From IMG/VR virus record IMGVR_UViG_3300024520_000049, positions 14,596-78,595 of that record: DNA of 64,000 bases; one strand, given 5' to 3'. A model generated the notes under the pieces. That model had not been told where the DNA came from. It searched no databases and saw only the letters and a list, made by a program, of their open reading frames with translations. The position numbers and the translations under genes were made by a program. Source of the DNA: a virus. This document shows positions 7,898 through 17,181 of this stretch, one piece after another (within the stretch, counting starts at the first letter, position 1; every line of letters starts with the position of its first letter).

Positions 7898-8733
7898 TGA
7901 GCTATTTGACAGGGAAGTACTTGAAGAAGCAAGCCGCCTTGGAAGTTGTTCAACCAGCAGCAAAGGCTGGCTCAAAAGGCCTCCTAAAACTTCTGACCGC
8001 ACTTGGCCTGGTTGGCGGCGCTGCTGGGTCGATACCCGCAGCTGGTGCTTTGGGTGCGGGTGAAGATAAGCGGATTGGTGGCGCAACTTTAGGGACCCTT
8101 GCAGCGGCCCCCGGAGCTCTGGCCGGCGGCATTGGCGGCGGGGTAGCTGGTGAGAAGCTTCTTTATCCGTTGCTCGAGAAATTAAAGATGCTCCGCGGTA
8201 TCTCCCCCAGCGCTCCTGGCGTGCTCGGAGCTTTAGGTGGATTAGGCGCCGGCGCGCTGGGCGCCTCCTATATGGCAGGTGGTGCACTTCGGGATAAAGA
8301 GTCCTCGTACGCAGAAGGCTTTATCGCCAAGTGTGCTGAGCACGGGGTGGATTTGGTGGCTGCAACTAAAATGGCGCAAGAAGTAGCCGGTGCCGCCGCA
8401 GGCGGACTAGCTGGAGCAGCACTCGGCGGAGGGGTTTTGGGTGCGAATGAACTAGGCCGCCTAGCTTTAATGAACATACACAATGACACTTTTGCACGCA
8501 CTGTAGCGGACCCCTTCAGCGATGCCGGGCACGTTCTACGCGGAGCTGCCCGTAAGGTTACGCCACCAACCACGGACACAGAGATGCTGCACAAATTGAT
8601 GGCCGTTATGCGATATCTTAAGAAAAACCCGCTTAAGGTAGTAGGTGCACCAACCGCCGCGTTGGCTGGGGCCGGCGCTGTCGGTGGTTACGGCCTTAAG
8701 CAGTTAATTAACAGTTTGACAGACAAAGACTAG
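7897..8733 (+). CDS. Glycine-zipper-rich putative head/ejection protein carrying YAEGFIAKCAEHGVD tag
   Basis: Several GxxxG hydrophobic tracts; KKQAA near N-terminus; TGATG coupling to rpoC C-half. Confidence 0.65.
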   Translation: MSYLTGKYLKKQAALEVVQPAAKAGSKGLLKLLTALGLVGGAAGSIPAAGALGAGEDKRIGGATLGTLAAAPGALAGGIGGGVAGEKLLYPLLEKLKMLRGISPSAPGVLGALGGLGAGALGASYMAGGALRDKESSYAEGFIAKCAEHGVDLVAATKMAQEVAGAAAGGLAGAALGGGVLGANELGRLALMNIHNDTFARTVADPFSDAGHVLRGAARKVTPPTTDTEMLHKLMAVMRYLKKNPLKVVGAPTAALAGAGAVGGYGLKQLINSLTDKD

Positions 8734-8742
8734 GAGTAAGAC

Positions 8743-11088
8743 ATGACAAAGCTGAAGGACCTACTCGCTGAGCCGGAATACTCCGCGGTAAAACTATCCG
8801 CCGAAACTCCGGACAACCAGCAGGTCGAACGGGACTTCGGCCGGCTGGCTTACGCATTTTTGAAAGACCGCGCAACCCCGCTCGTACCCTACTTGGTAGG
8901 TTTTGAAGTTGTGGAGCAGGAACCTGATGGCTCTCGCGCCGTGGGGATCTTCGGCTTTCGCATCTCCAGCTCGTTCTACTACGTGCCGGTGTTCTTTCTG
9001 AACAACCAGATCAAGGGCATGGACATGCTGTACTCTAAAGAGGAGAAGCATTTTGTCCCGCTCCGCGAGCCGTGGGTGAACCATATCCTTAACCGCAAGA
9101 CGATCGAGCTGGGCCAACCAGCTTCCGGTGTGGTCAAGAAGGATTTCAGCGTGCCTGACTACACCTTCCTCTCCCGCCCACCGCTGGGCGGTAGCTTGAA
9201 GCTGTCTGAAGCAGGGCGCGGGATCTATGAAGTGTGGAATACCATGCAGAAAGAAGCCGTGAACATGCTCAACAATGATCCTGAGTTTGGCAAAGCTCTC
9301 GCCGGCGCGGTCACTACGATGGCCAAGCAGGCCTCACCCAGGGCTTCCGGCCAGACACGTTTAACGACGTATCTGGAGAACCAAGGCGGTCCAGACGCCG
9401 TGGCGTCGCTGCTCGATAAGATCGGGTCTGACATGGTGTTTATGAAAGCCGCCAACTGCTTCTATGACTACCACGATCTGATGATCACAGAGTTCGCTGC
9501 ATCCTTGGCGCCGAAGACCGCAGCCTCTAAGATTAAGGTTGTGACGGAGACTGATGGTGATGGCCCCATCGCCTGCTGTGACGAGGAAGAGAAGCGCGAG
9601 ATTGTGCGCGACGGGTTCACGATTGTGGACAGTCGTGATGAGGAGGAGAAGTCGGAAGTTTATGATATCGACTATCTCACTTGTGTGGGCAATCCAAACG
9701 TCACAGGCAAGTACGATCTTATTCTGGCCAGCGGGATCACCACTCCGGTATTTGTCGTCAATATCCCCTACGGGACTGACAGCCAAGGCATGACTTTGGT
9801 CGTGCACCCAGATACCGGCCGGTACTTTACCGCGGCTAACCGAATTGTTTATGTCCGAGACGGGATCAAGGAAAAGGCTGATAATGATCAGCTGTACACC
9901 GACGACCGCACGGTGGATGTTGAGAAGATGGACGTCGGCGAACACTATATCTTGGTGGATGAGAAGGGTTGCGCAAGTCTACCGTTTCGCGTCGCTGCCT
10001 CGGTTAGTGAAGACAATGACATCGTCCGCATTAAAGCTGACTGGAAAGACAGCATCACTTACGAGGATCGCGACACCACGCCCGGCTACGAGAAGATGAC
10101 AGGCCCTGACTACAAGGCCTGCTACTCCATCGACTCATATAGCGATAGCTACCTAATTATAACTGACCGCCGTGGTGAGCTTAAGAAGAGTGGCAACAAC
10201 GTGGTTGTACCGACGCAGCAGTGGAAGGCGTACAAGCTGGAGGTGCCAGATGACTATCAAGATCGTCAGGCGCAGAAGGAAGCCTTCCGTCCCGCCTCAT
10301 ATGTGGATATCATCGAGTCCATGAACAAGATCGCCTTCCACAAGGTGCAGGTTGAATCTCGCGATCAGGGCGTGGCGTTCAACATCACGCTGGACGGCCT
10401 GCTTGATAAAGAAGCCATGGGCTATAAAGAAGCCACCATCACGCTGGTTGACCGATACGGCTTTCCAGTCAACAAAGCCCAGGCGGTGCTTAAGGAAGCC
10501 GCCGAAAAGCTGAAGTCTAGACGACTGGTGCTGCTTAAGTCTGCTCAGCAGGTAGTTATGCCCCAGGAGCCGCCGCAGTACATTGGGTTCGATCAAGAGC
10601 TTGGAGTACCAGTGCAGCCCTCGCAGCAAGACTATGTGTCTGGCCAGACCGTCGGTATGCCCAAGCCGGAGCCCGGTGGCCCTGGCTCTGGTATCAATAT
10701 CGGCGGCGAAGGCGCACATCAACAAGCCATGGGCGGCAGTGGCGAAATGCCTGAGGACGCCACGCAGTTGGCAATGGAAGCCGCCCAAGCTGGACAGCAG
10801 CAAGTATTTGATCACGCTGTCATTGGCGGGCTCAGCCGCGTTTACGACACATCCGCCACTATTGATGGCTTCATCCCTGAGCTGATGACGGCTCTGGACC
10901 GCACTGGGCGCATTCTCTTCCTCTTCTACTGGAAGAACGAAGACTTCGCTGAGCGTTACGGCGACCAGGATCTGACGGAGATGGAAGACCATATCCGTGC
11001 GGTGTTCAAGTCCCTCGGCGATCTGGTGCTGAAGCTTAAGCAGAAAACAATTGATGCTGAGGAGGCTGAATATGTCCAAGGTGGTTGA
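8743..11088 (+). CDS. Large hypothetical protein, probably virion head-associated
   Basis: 781-aa ORF with GGAG RBS; K-x-A/S motifs at apparent domain boundaries (VKLSAE, KQASP, KTAAS, LKSAQQ). Confidence 0.6.
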   Translation: MTKLKDLLAEPEYSAVKLSAETPDNQQVERDFGRLAYAFLKDRATPLVPYLVGFEVVEQEPDGSRAVGIFGFRISSSFYYVPVFFLNNQIKGMDMLYSKEEKHFVPLREPWVNHILNRKTIELGQPASGVVKKDFSVPDYTFLSRPPLGGSLKLSEAGRGIYEVWNTMQKEAVNMLNNDPEFGKALAGAVTTMAKQASPRASGQTRLTTYLENQGGPDAVASLLDKIGSDMVFMKAANCFYDYHDLMITEFAASLAPKTAASKIKVVTETDGDGPIACCDEEEKREIVRDGFTIVDSRDEEEKSEVYDIDYLTCVGNPNVTGKYDLILASGITTPVFVVNIPYGTDSQGMTLVVHPDTGRYFTAANRIVYVRDGIKEKADNDQLYTDDRTVDVEKMDVGEHYILVDEKGCASLPFRVAASVSEDNDIVRIKADWKDSITYEDRDTTPGYEKMTGPDYKACYSIDSYSDSYLIITDRRGELKKSGNNVVVPTQQWKAYKLEVPDDYQDRQAQKEAFRPASYVDIIESMNKIAFHKVQVESRDQGVAFNITLDGLLDKEAMGYKEATITLVDRYGFPVNKAQAVLKEAAEKLKSRRLVLLKSAQQVVMPQEPPQYIGFDQELGVPVQPSQQDYVSGQTVGMPKPEPGGPGSGINIGGEGAHQQAMGGSGEMPEDATQLAMEAAQAGQQQVFDHAVIGGLSRVYDTSATIDGFIPELMTALDRTGRILFLFYWKNEDFAERYGDQDLTEMEDHIRAVFKSLGDLVLKLKQKTIDAEEAEYVQGG

Positions 11089-11332
11089 GGAAGCCTACAC
11101 ACAAGGGTTCATTGACAAGTGCGCTGAGCACGGCGTCGACGCAAATGCGGCCAAAGCTTTGCTGGATAAACCAGACGAAGCGCCGCTGAAGAAGACCAAA
11201 AGCATGAGCCCAGCACAAGTGGCCAAGTATCGTGCGGAGCAGCACAAGAAGATTGATCAGCAGCGCCCTGGCGCGGGCCTGGCCGCCCGAAGTGTGCTAA
11301 AGCACATCAATTCACCAGCAGGGCACAGGTGA
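11072..11332 (+). CDS. Small basic protein with YTQGFIDKCAEHGVD tag
   Basis: ATG 11072 follows GGAGG; shares an N-terminal motif with 7897 and 11336. Confidence 0.65.
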   Translation: MSKVVEEAYTQGFIDKCAEHGVDANAAKALLDKPDEAPLKKTKSMSPAQVAKYRAEQHKKIDQQRPGAGLAARSVLKHINSPAGHR

Positions 11333-11335
11333 GCC

Positions 11336-11752
11336 GTGGATAACCCATACATACAAGGCTTCATAGAGAAGTGCGCCGAGCACAGCATCGACCCCGAAGA
11401 GCTGATTAAAGCAGCTTTCCGTGGAGATATCCTACGCCGAGCGCTGGCGGCGGTAAATCCCGCCGCAAAATTGTCCTTCGGCACGGGTAAGCTATTTCCG
11501 GCTAAAGGGACAGCTTCATACCTGGAAGGCATGTACTCCAACCCAGGCCGCTATGCCACTGAGCTGAACGCAATCGAGCACCCCGCGCTTCGCAGACCTT
11601 TCGCGAATCCTGGGCAGGCTCAAGGCGTTCGGGATCACTGGGCGGGAGTCTTAAAACAAGTGAGGGCCGCGCTCAAAGCCGACAAGCAGCCAATAGCGAG
11701 CGAAGCACTGGTGTCCAACGCCCCAGCAAACGTGGCGGGTACATGGAAATAG
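11336..11752 (+). CDS. Small protein with YIQGFIEKCAEHSID tag
   Basis: Motif directly followed by ELIKAAF (K-x-A). Confidence 0.65.
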   Translation: MDNPYIQGFIEKCAEHSIDPEELIKAAFRGDILRRALAAVNPAAKLSFGTGKLFPAKGTASYLEGMYSNPGRYATELNAIEHPALRRPFANPGQAQGVRDHWAGVLKQVRAALKADKQPIASEALVSNAPANVAGTWK

Positions 11753-12756
11753 CTGGCAATACCGTACGAACTCCCAATGAGCATTCGATGTTCTTCCAGC
11801 CCGACTGGCGCTACGCCATTGCGCGAGGAGTTGGGCAGTCTCGCACAGCCCCCACCGAGGACGGCAGCAGCCCACAAATGCGCTACTACGACTATACCCC
11901 CGATACGTGGGTGCGCCGGCAAGTTCAGTATCTGGACACTGAGGGCAATAATAAGTGTGCAAACCTCAACAAGAATTTGAAACCACACGACCCGCGCTGG
12001 GCTGTCCGCGAGGCCAATGTCACTTATCTTGGAGATGAGCCCCGGCGCGAGGAAGATGAAGAGTTCACACCGCTGCTGAAGATGCGGTTGGAAGCGCTGC
12101 TTTTGTGCACAGACTTAACTTTATCGCAGATCGCAGATTATATGAATTCAACCGTCGCAGTGATAAAGGCTTACGAGCGTTTATTCTACAACGTGCGTGA
12201 CGATAAAGGATTGATGAACGCAGCCCCATGGCTTTGTGAGTGGTTCGCAAAGGGAAATATCCCAGTCGTGAATCATGAGCAGACCAACAACTGGGACGTG
12301 TACTGGAAGGTTGTAGCTGTCGAGGGTGGTTTCAAAGCACTCCTTGCAACGTGGAACGGTACCCTGGCGCCGATCGGTGGGGAGTTCCCCGAAGTGGAGA
12401 TGGCTCAAATGATGTTCCGCGGCCTTTTCCGCCGCATGGAGCGCAACATCCGCATGGGCCACATGTCACAGAACGCCTTGTCACAAACCCTGGAGCGTTT
12501 CCAGGCGATGATTATGGATATGCGCGAGCGTGGGGTAATGTCCAAAGGTGAACGAGTTTCAGATGAAAGTATCCTGATGCGCCTGCTGGGAGCGATGGCC
12601 CCGAAAGTGGTTGTACCGTCGGCTGAGCGGGTTGCTAGTAAACAAAAAGAAGTGGAAGCCAAGATTGAGATGATGAAGCAAACAGAGCGTGGTCACGGGT
12701 CGGGTAAAGACACGTTGACGTCAATCGGAGCGCAAGTCGCTGCGGCGAAGGCTTAA
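11743..12756 (+). CDS. Hypothetical protein with possible helix-turn-helix
   Basis: LTLSQIADYMNSTVAVIKAYE resembles an HTH; helical C-terminus. Confidence 0.55.
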   Translation: MEIAGNTVRTPNEHSMFFQPDWRYAIARGVGQSRTAPTEDGSSPQMRYYDYTPDTWVRRQVQYLDTEGNNKCANLNKNLKPHDPRWAVREANVTYLGDEPRREEDEEFTPLLKMRLEALLLCTDLTLSQIADYMNSTVAVIKAYERLFYNVRDDKGLMNAAPWLCEWFAKGNIPVVNHEQTNNWDVYWKVVAVEGGFKALLATWNGTLAPIGGEFPEVEMAQMMFRGLFRRMERNIRMGHMSQNALSQTLERFQAMIMDMRERGVMSKGERVSDESILMRLLGAMAPKVVVPSAERVASKQKEVEAKIEMMKQTERGHGSGKDTLTSIGAQVAAAKA

Positions 12757-12813
12757 TGGTTTGCTTTTTATTCCCTCGGGGCTTACGTTATGCCATAGTT
12801 TTGGAGGTAACAG

Positions 12814-14196
12814 ATGTTCAAAGAACAACTGATGAACGCACTACATCAAGCTGTCGGATACCGCAATGGCGGGATGGATGACAGCGCGGCTGTGGCAAAA
12901 GTTGCTGCGGCACAAGATTTTAATAGAGATCAGACACAGCGATTGCTGGAAGCCTACAATACGGCCAAGACCGTATACTTCTTCAAAGCTGCGGAAGATC
13001 GCCGCCAAGATTTTGGCCTTGCTAATCCAGATGCGGTGTTTACCACGCTATACCCCGCAGCCCCCGCGACGAAAGAGGCCTCAAACGAGCTTCACGATTA
13101 TAGCTGCTATGACACCCCAGAGGCCAAGTATTACACAGATACCACTGTTGACGCGGCAGGTAATCGCCCAGTTGACTTCGGCAAAGCGGCTGCCGCTGAA
13201 GAGCCTACGCTCAACAATCGGTACACCAACAATCAGCAGTCCGTGCGATCGCTGAAGCAGGCTGCGTCACATTGCAAAGACTCCGCAGAGATTTGCAGCA
13301 CCAAGTACAACCTGCTGCTGCAGAAGATTGCGTCAGAGATTCGGCAAGCTGACTTTGAAGGCGTCAAGCTCGCGCAGGCTGAGCACGCCTTCTGGGAACT
13401 GTACGGCAAAGAGCTCGCTACTCCCGCAGTAGATGACCTCGTGACACATCTACCCGCTTCATATCAGCAGAAGCGCGCTGCAGACAGTGCTTATGGAACT
13501 TTGACGACGTTCGATCGCCAGTACCCTGAGATGATGGGGCAGATGAAAGAGGCGATGCAAGCACGACTCGGCTACGCGGAAATGTACGCTGCAGCTACGG
13601 TTTTTGACAAGGAGGCTGCAGCTCAGGAGGGTGAGTTCTTAAAGTCCGCAGGGCTCGCAGTAGAGCCCGCGCATGATGACTTTGATGACATGATCCCTAA
13701 GAACCTGCAGCTGGGCAAAGCAGCGCAGACATCTCTGACAAGTTGGGGTGAGCTGGGGACGCAAAAAAAAAGTCCACAGACCTCCGTACTTGATTCCATG
13801 GTCGGCGGCGTAACCAAAGGAGTTGGTCGTGCAGTTGGCGGCGCAGTTGAGCCCGCGGTACGAGAGGCTTTGGTTCCACCTAATATAGAGGGTGCAAAAA
13901 CCACCGACCGCCTGAAGAATTTACAGCGCCAGATTATCTTGGATGATCTTCTGGCCAATGACCCGGTGCTGGCTGGTGAGGACTCTCCAAAGATCCTTGC
14001 AGCTTATGAATCGCTCTGGCAGGTAGCTCCAGAGGTGTCGATGAACAAGGAAGTTGTTCGCTCGGTACTTCGCGCTGCGTCCCAGGCGGTATCAGTCAGC
14101 CCTTATGACGCGAAGTCATGGGCGGAGCTGGAGAACGAAGTTCGTAAACAGGTTGAGTTTGGCGGTAAGCCCAAAGCTAAGGCGACAGTAGTATGA
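12814..14196 (+). CDS. Putative internal head protein with K-x-A-rich N-terminal two thirds
   Basis: GGAGGT RBS; 12 of 19 lysines up to GKAAQ are K-x-A, versus 0 of 12 after it. Confidence 0.65.
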   Translation: MFKEQLMNALHQAVGYRNGGMDDSAAVAKVAAAQDFNRDQTQRLLEAYNTAKTVYFFKAAEDRRQDFGLANPDAVFTTLYPAAPATKEASNELHDYSCYDTPEAKYYTDTTVDAAGNRPVDFGKAAAAEEPTLNNRYTNNQQSVRSLKQAASHCKDSAEICSTKYNLLLQKIASEIRQADFEGVKLAQAEHAFWELYGKELATPAVDDLVTHLPASYQQKRAADSAYGTLTTFDRQYPEMMGQMKEAMQARLGYAEMYAAATVFDKEAAAQEGEFLKSAGLAVEPAHDDFDDMIPKNLQLGKAAQTSLTSWGELGTQKKSPQTSVLDSMVGGVTKGVGRAVGGAVEPAVREALVPPNIEGAKTTDRLKNLQRQIILDDLLANDPVLAGEDSPKILAAYESLWQVAPEVSMNKEVVRSVLRAASQAVSVSPYDAKSWAELENEVRKQVEFGGKPKAKATVV

Positions 14197-14909
14197 AGAT
14201 ACGGACGATCAAAAAGATTGAGAACGACGTCTTTCAGGTGATTAAGAGCACGGAAGACTTCAGTGAGGCTGACGTTCAGCTGATGGAGAAGTATGGCGAG
14301 CCCGAGGTTGATCTCGGCGGCACGTTCACAGCAAGCCCTGATTTCACCTTCCCGACCCGTCTGGAGAAGATAAAGACCGAATCCCCATTCACTCAGACAT
14401 TTGATTCACGAGATCTCGACGCGGTGGAAGTTACGACACTGACAGTCGAGGCCGCGGGCGACGCTGCAACGCTCAACAGTCTCTACTTCGACATCGACGC
14501 TGCTGACGGCAACCAATACCGCGTCTGGTTTGACGAGAATAACACGGGCACGCCACCAGCCGCCGCGGGCCGCACCCTTGTTGAGATCGACCTCCCGCTG
14601 GCTGGCACAACCACAGATACAGCCAACGCGCTGTTTGCGGCACTCGACGCGCTGTCGTCCTTCTCGGTAGTGCAAGCCACGCTGGTGCTGACTGTGACCG
14701 ACACCGCCGTTGGCCAGGTGACAGACGCTGATCAGGGCACAACGACAGCTGCGGTTGATCTCACGGTCGCCACCGCGACACAGGGCGGGTCTGCTGAAGA
14801 GAACGCGGATATCTGGAGTACTGAGATAAGCGTCCGGATCAAGGCGGCGCTGGTCGAGCTGCGTGAGAATGCAGATACCTTTACAGGTGAAGAGGTCGAG
14901 AACTGCTGA
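14193..14909 (+). CDS. Hypothetical virion protein with an inserted Thr/Ala-rich beta-type module
   Basis: Central EVTTLTV...YFDI...YRVWFD...LVEIDL...ANAL...LTVTD segment resembles modules seen in phage structural proteins. Confidence 0.55.
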   Translation: MKIRTIKKIENDVFQVIKSTEDFSEADVQLMEKYGEPEVDLGGTFTASPDFTFPTRLEKIKTESPFTQTFDSRDLDAVEVTTLTVEAAGDAATLNSLYFDIDAADGNQYRVWFDENNTGTPPAAAGRTLVEIDLPLAGTTTDTANALFAALDALSSFSVVQATLVLTVTDTAVGQVTDADQGTTTAAVDLTVATATQGGSAEENADIWSTEISVRIKAALVELRENADTFTGEEVENC

Positions 14910-15733
14910 TGGATAAGCAAGCACAGACTATGGCAGCTCTTACAGCCGCCGGCAATACATTGACAAAGTCCGCGCAAGGTGTCACTGATCAGCTCTCACA
15001 GCTCTGGTCGACACTGGGCGACAGCCAGAAGCAAGTGATCATCAACGGGCTGCTCGGCGGTGCCGTTGGCGGTGGGGCTGGTGGTATTGGCGGCGCACTC
15101 TCAGAAAACTCAACAGCTGCCGGTTCTGGGCTGATGGGCGCCTTGTTGGGCGCCCTCGCTGGCGCAGGCGGCACAGCAGGCTACAATCTCTTGTCAGGCA
15201 AGCAGCTGATGCCCGGTGAGCAGGCGGCGGAGCTGCCAGCCACGGATAAGGCCATGAACGCCCTTACCGGGGCAGCATTGAGTAACCCAGCGACTACCCT
15301 CGGAACCGCACTTGGTGCCGGTGTAGCAGCAAAGGGGTACCCGACCCGCAGCTCGTTACGCAGTAAGATTATGGAAGTTGCACAAAAGGCCAAAGGCAAC
15401 GCCGGCGCAGAGCTGGGCGCAATGTCTGGAATGGGTGGTGACGCTTCGTTTCAAGAGGCCATGCGCAAGGTTTTGGGCGAAACCCACTTCCGCCCCGGCT
15501 ACGACTTCAGGACTGGGGCAAATGCCGCCGAGCTTACTGGGGGCGGTAAGGCGCGACAGACGGTCGAGGGTGTGCGGCGAGCTATCACCGGGGCCGGCCG
15601 CTCCGGAAGTACTTTACGCCAAGCCGCGAACATAGCATCTGTCCCGCGCTCAAGACTGTCACTTGCCGCTATACCTGCTGGCGCGGGCTTGGGCTACCTC
15701 ATGGATCGTTACCTTAAAGGAGAGAGTGGCTGA
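14909..15733 (+). CDS. Glycine-zipper-rich putative head/ejection protein
   Basis: MDKQAQ..TKSAQ leader; GGAVGGGAGGIGG, GALLGALAGAGG and GAGLGYL tracts. Confidence 0.6.
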   Translation: MDKQAQTMAALTAAGNTLTKSAQGVTDQLSQLWSTLGDSQKQVIINGLLGGAVGGGAGGIGGALSENSTAAGSGLMGALLGALAGAGGTAGYNLLSGKQLMPGEQAAELPATDKAMNALTGAALSNPATTLGTALGAGVAAKGYPTRSSLRSKIMEVAQKAKGNAGAELGAMSGMGGDASFQEAMRKVLGETHFRPGYDFRTGANAAELTGGGKARQTVEGVRRAITGAGRSGSTLRQAANIASVPRSRLSLAAIPAGAGLGYLMDRYLKGESG

Positions 15734-17166
15734 TGAATGGCATGACCAAACTGATTTACTCAAACGCCTCTCCAGACGCGTTTGATTTCCGTATCCGCCT
15801 GCTAGAAGACCCGGCCCGGATGGTAAAGGCGGCCGCCGCATTTGCAGACGCTGATTACGTCAAACCTGGTATAGGTAAGGTTGGCCTACATGTCATCGCG
15901 CTGGGCGACGCCGAACGTTACGGACTCAACCGTAACGCAGACGGGTTTCCCAAAGCAGCATGTGAGAAGTACCATCATACCTTTACAAAGCATGGGCATG
16001 TGTACCAGCACCACCAGAACAAGGACCCGAAGAAGGCTCTTGGCGAAATCAAGCTTTCCGCGTATAACGAGCCCCAGGCTCGCATTGAGCTATTCCTCCA
16101 TGTGGATGAGAAGAAGGCCGAGGCTCACTTGCACAAGTTGGCAACCACAGGTGACCTACCCTACTCTATGGCGTGCCGGGTCCAGTTTGACCGCTGCACT
16201 CGCTGTAACACGTTGCGCAAATCGGCTTCTGACCCGAACCAATGTGATCATGTCAAATATGAGCTTGGCAAGATGGGTGAGGACGGTGCGGTGACAGGGA
16301 CACAGAACGATGAGCCTAAGTTCTTTGACATCAGTTTTGTAAACCGCCCAGCTGACCGTATCGCGTGGAATCTTAAAACAGCATCCGCCGACGGGATGGA
16401 CGCTATCAAGCTGGCAGCCGAAGCCGGAATTTACACACCCCAGCACCTTATGCTGGTCTCAGCGCTGGCAAACTACAAGATGGGCCTGCTGAACAAAATG
16501 GCCAAGTTTGAGCAATTGTACACTGAGTTGTCACATCGTGGAGCTCAAGGTAATAGAGAGTTGGAGCTTTGGGAGCTGCGAAAGGCTGCTGCCCACCAGA
16601 CGTTGCCCGACGCGGCAATTGAAGAGCTACGCAACTACGAACCATCTGATGCCATGACTGTGCTGGCGGCCGACCGTATTATTCTAGACCCGGTGTCGTA
16701 TGTTAAATACGCGATGGGCCTAGATTGCGGGGAGCTGGCTCCACATATGCCTGGTATCTTGGCAGGAGTCAACGGGATATTCACCAGACTCCTGAAAGAA
16801 GGAAAAGCAGCGGAAGTTTGTGGAGACTCATATTATGACGTCGATACGAACATACTTGGCCGCTATTTAGCACCGTCGCTGCAGAAGCTTGCGGCGGAGG
16901 TTCGATCTGAGTCTTCGTTTGAAGAGAAAACCGCAAGCCACCGGGCTGTGCGGGCGACAATTGAGGGCATGTCTGTGAAGATCGCAAATGTAACTCCAGA
17001 TGTCATTGAAAAATTCGATGCTGGAGTTGTAAACTGCGTGTCCGAGCGTTATGCTTCCTACAAGCTGGCTGCTGTCAGTGCGATGTCATCATTCAACCCA
17101 AACGATGATTTGGATCGTCAACTCGCTATATTAGCAGCTCAAAATATGGTTGAAAGGTTACACTAA
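15733..17166 (+). CDS. Prohead maturation protease (HK97/assemblin-like fold) with Cys-rich insert and C-terminal extension
   Basis: NRNADGF...HVYQHHQNKD (His), YSMACRVQFDRCTRC (nucleophile Ser plus CxxC), FFDISFVNRPAD (oxyanion-loop motif); lies upstream of scaffold and capsid genes. Confidence 0.8.
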   Translation: MNGMTKLIYSNASPDAFDFRIRLLEDPARMVKAAAAFADADYVKPGIGKVGLHVIALGDAERYGLNRNADGFPKAACEKYHHTFTKHGHVYQHHQNKDPKKALGEIKLSAYNEPQARIELFLHVDEKKAEAHLHKLATTGDLPYSMACRVQFDRCTRCNTLRKSASDPNQCDHVKYELGKMGEDGAVTGTQNDEPKFFDISFVNRPADRIAWNLKTASADGMDAIKLAAEAGIYTPQHLMLVSALANYKMGLLNKMAKFEQLYTELSHRGAQGNRELELWELRKAAAHQTLPDAAIEELRNYEPSDAMTVLAADRIILDPVSYVKYAMGLDCGELAPHMPGILAGVNGIFTRLLKEGKAAEVCGDSYYDVDTNILGRYLAPSLQKLAAEVRSESSFEEKTASHRAVRATIEGMSVKIANVTPDVIEKFDAGVVNCVSERYASYKLAAVSAMSSFNPNDDLDRQLAILAAQNMVERLH

Positions 17167-17181
17167 GGAGATAACACCAAA

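Noticed and set aside
13763-13771. A9 homopolymer as a slippage or phase-variation site in ORF 12814
   Set aside because: It encodes in-frame Gln-Lys-Lys, and both alternative frames stop within about 16 codons. No supporting evidence.
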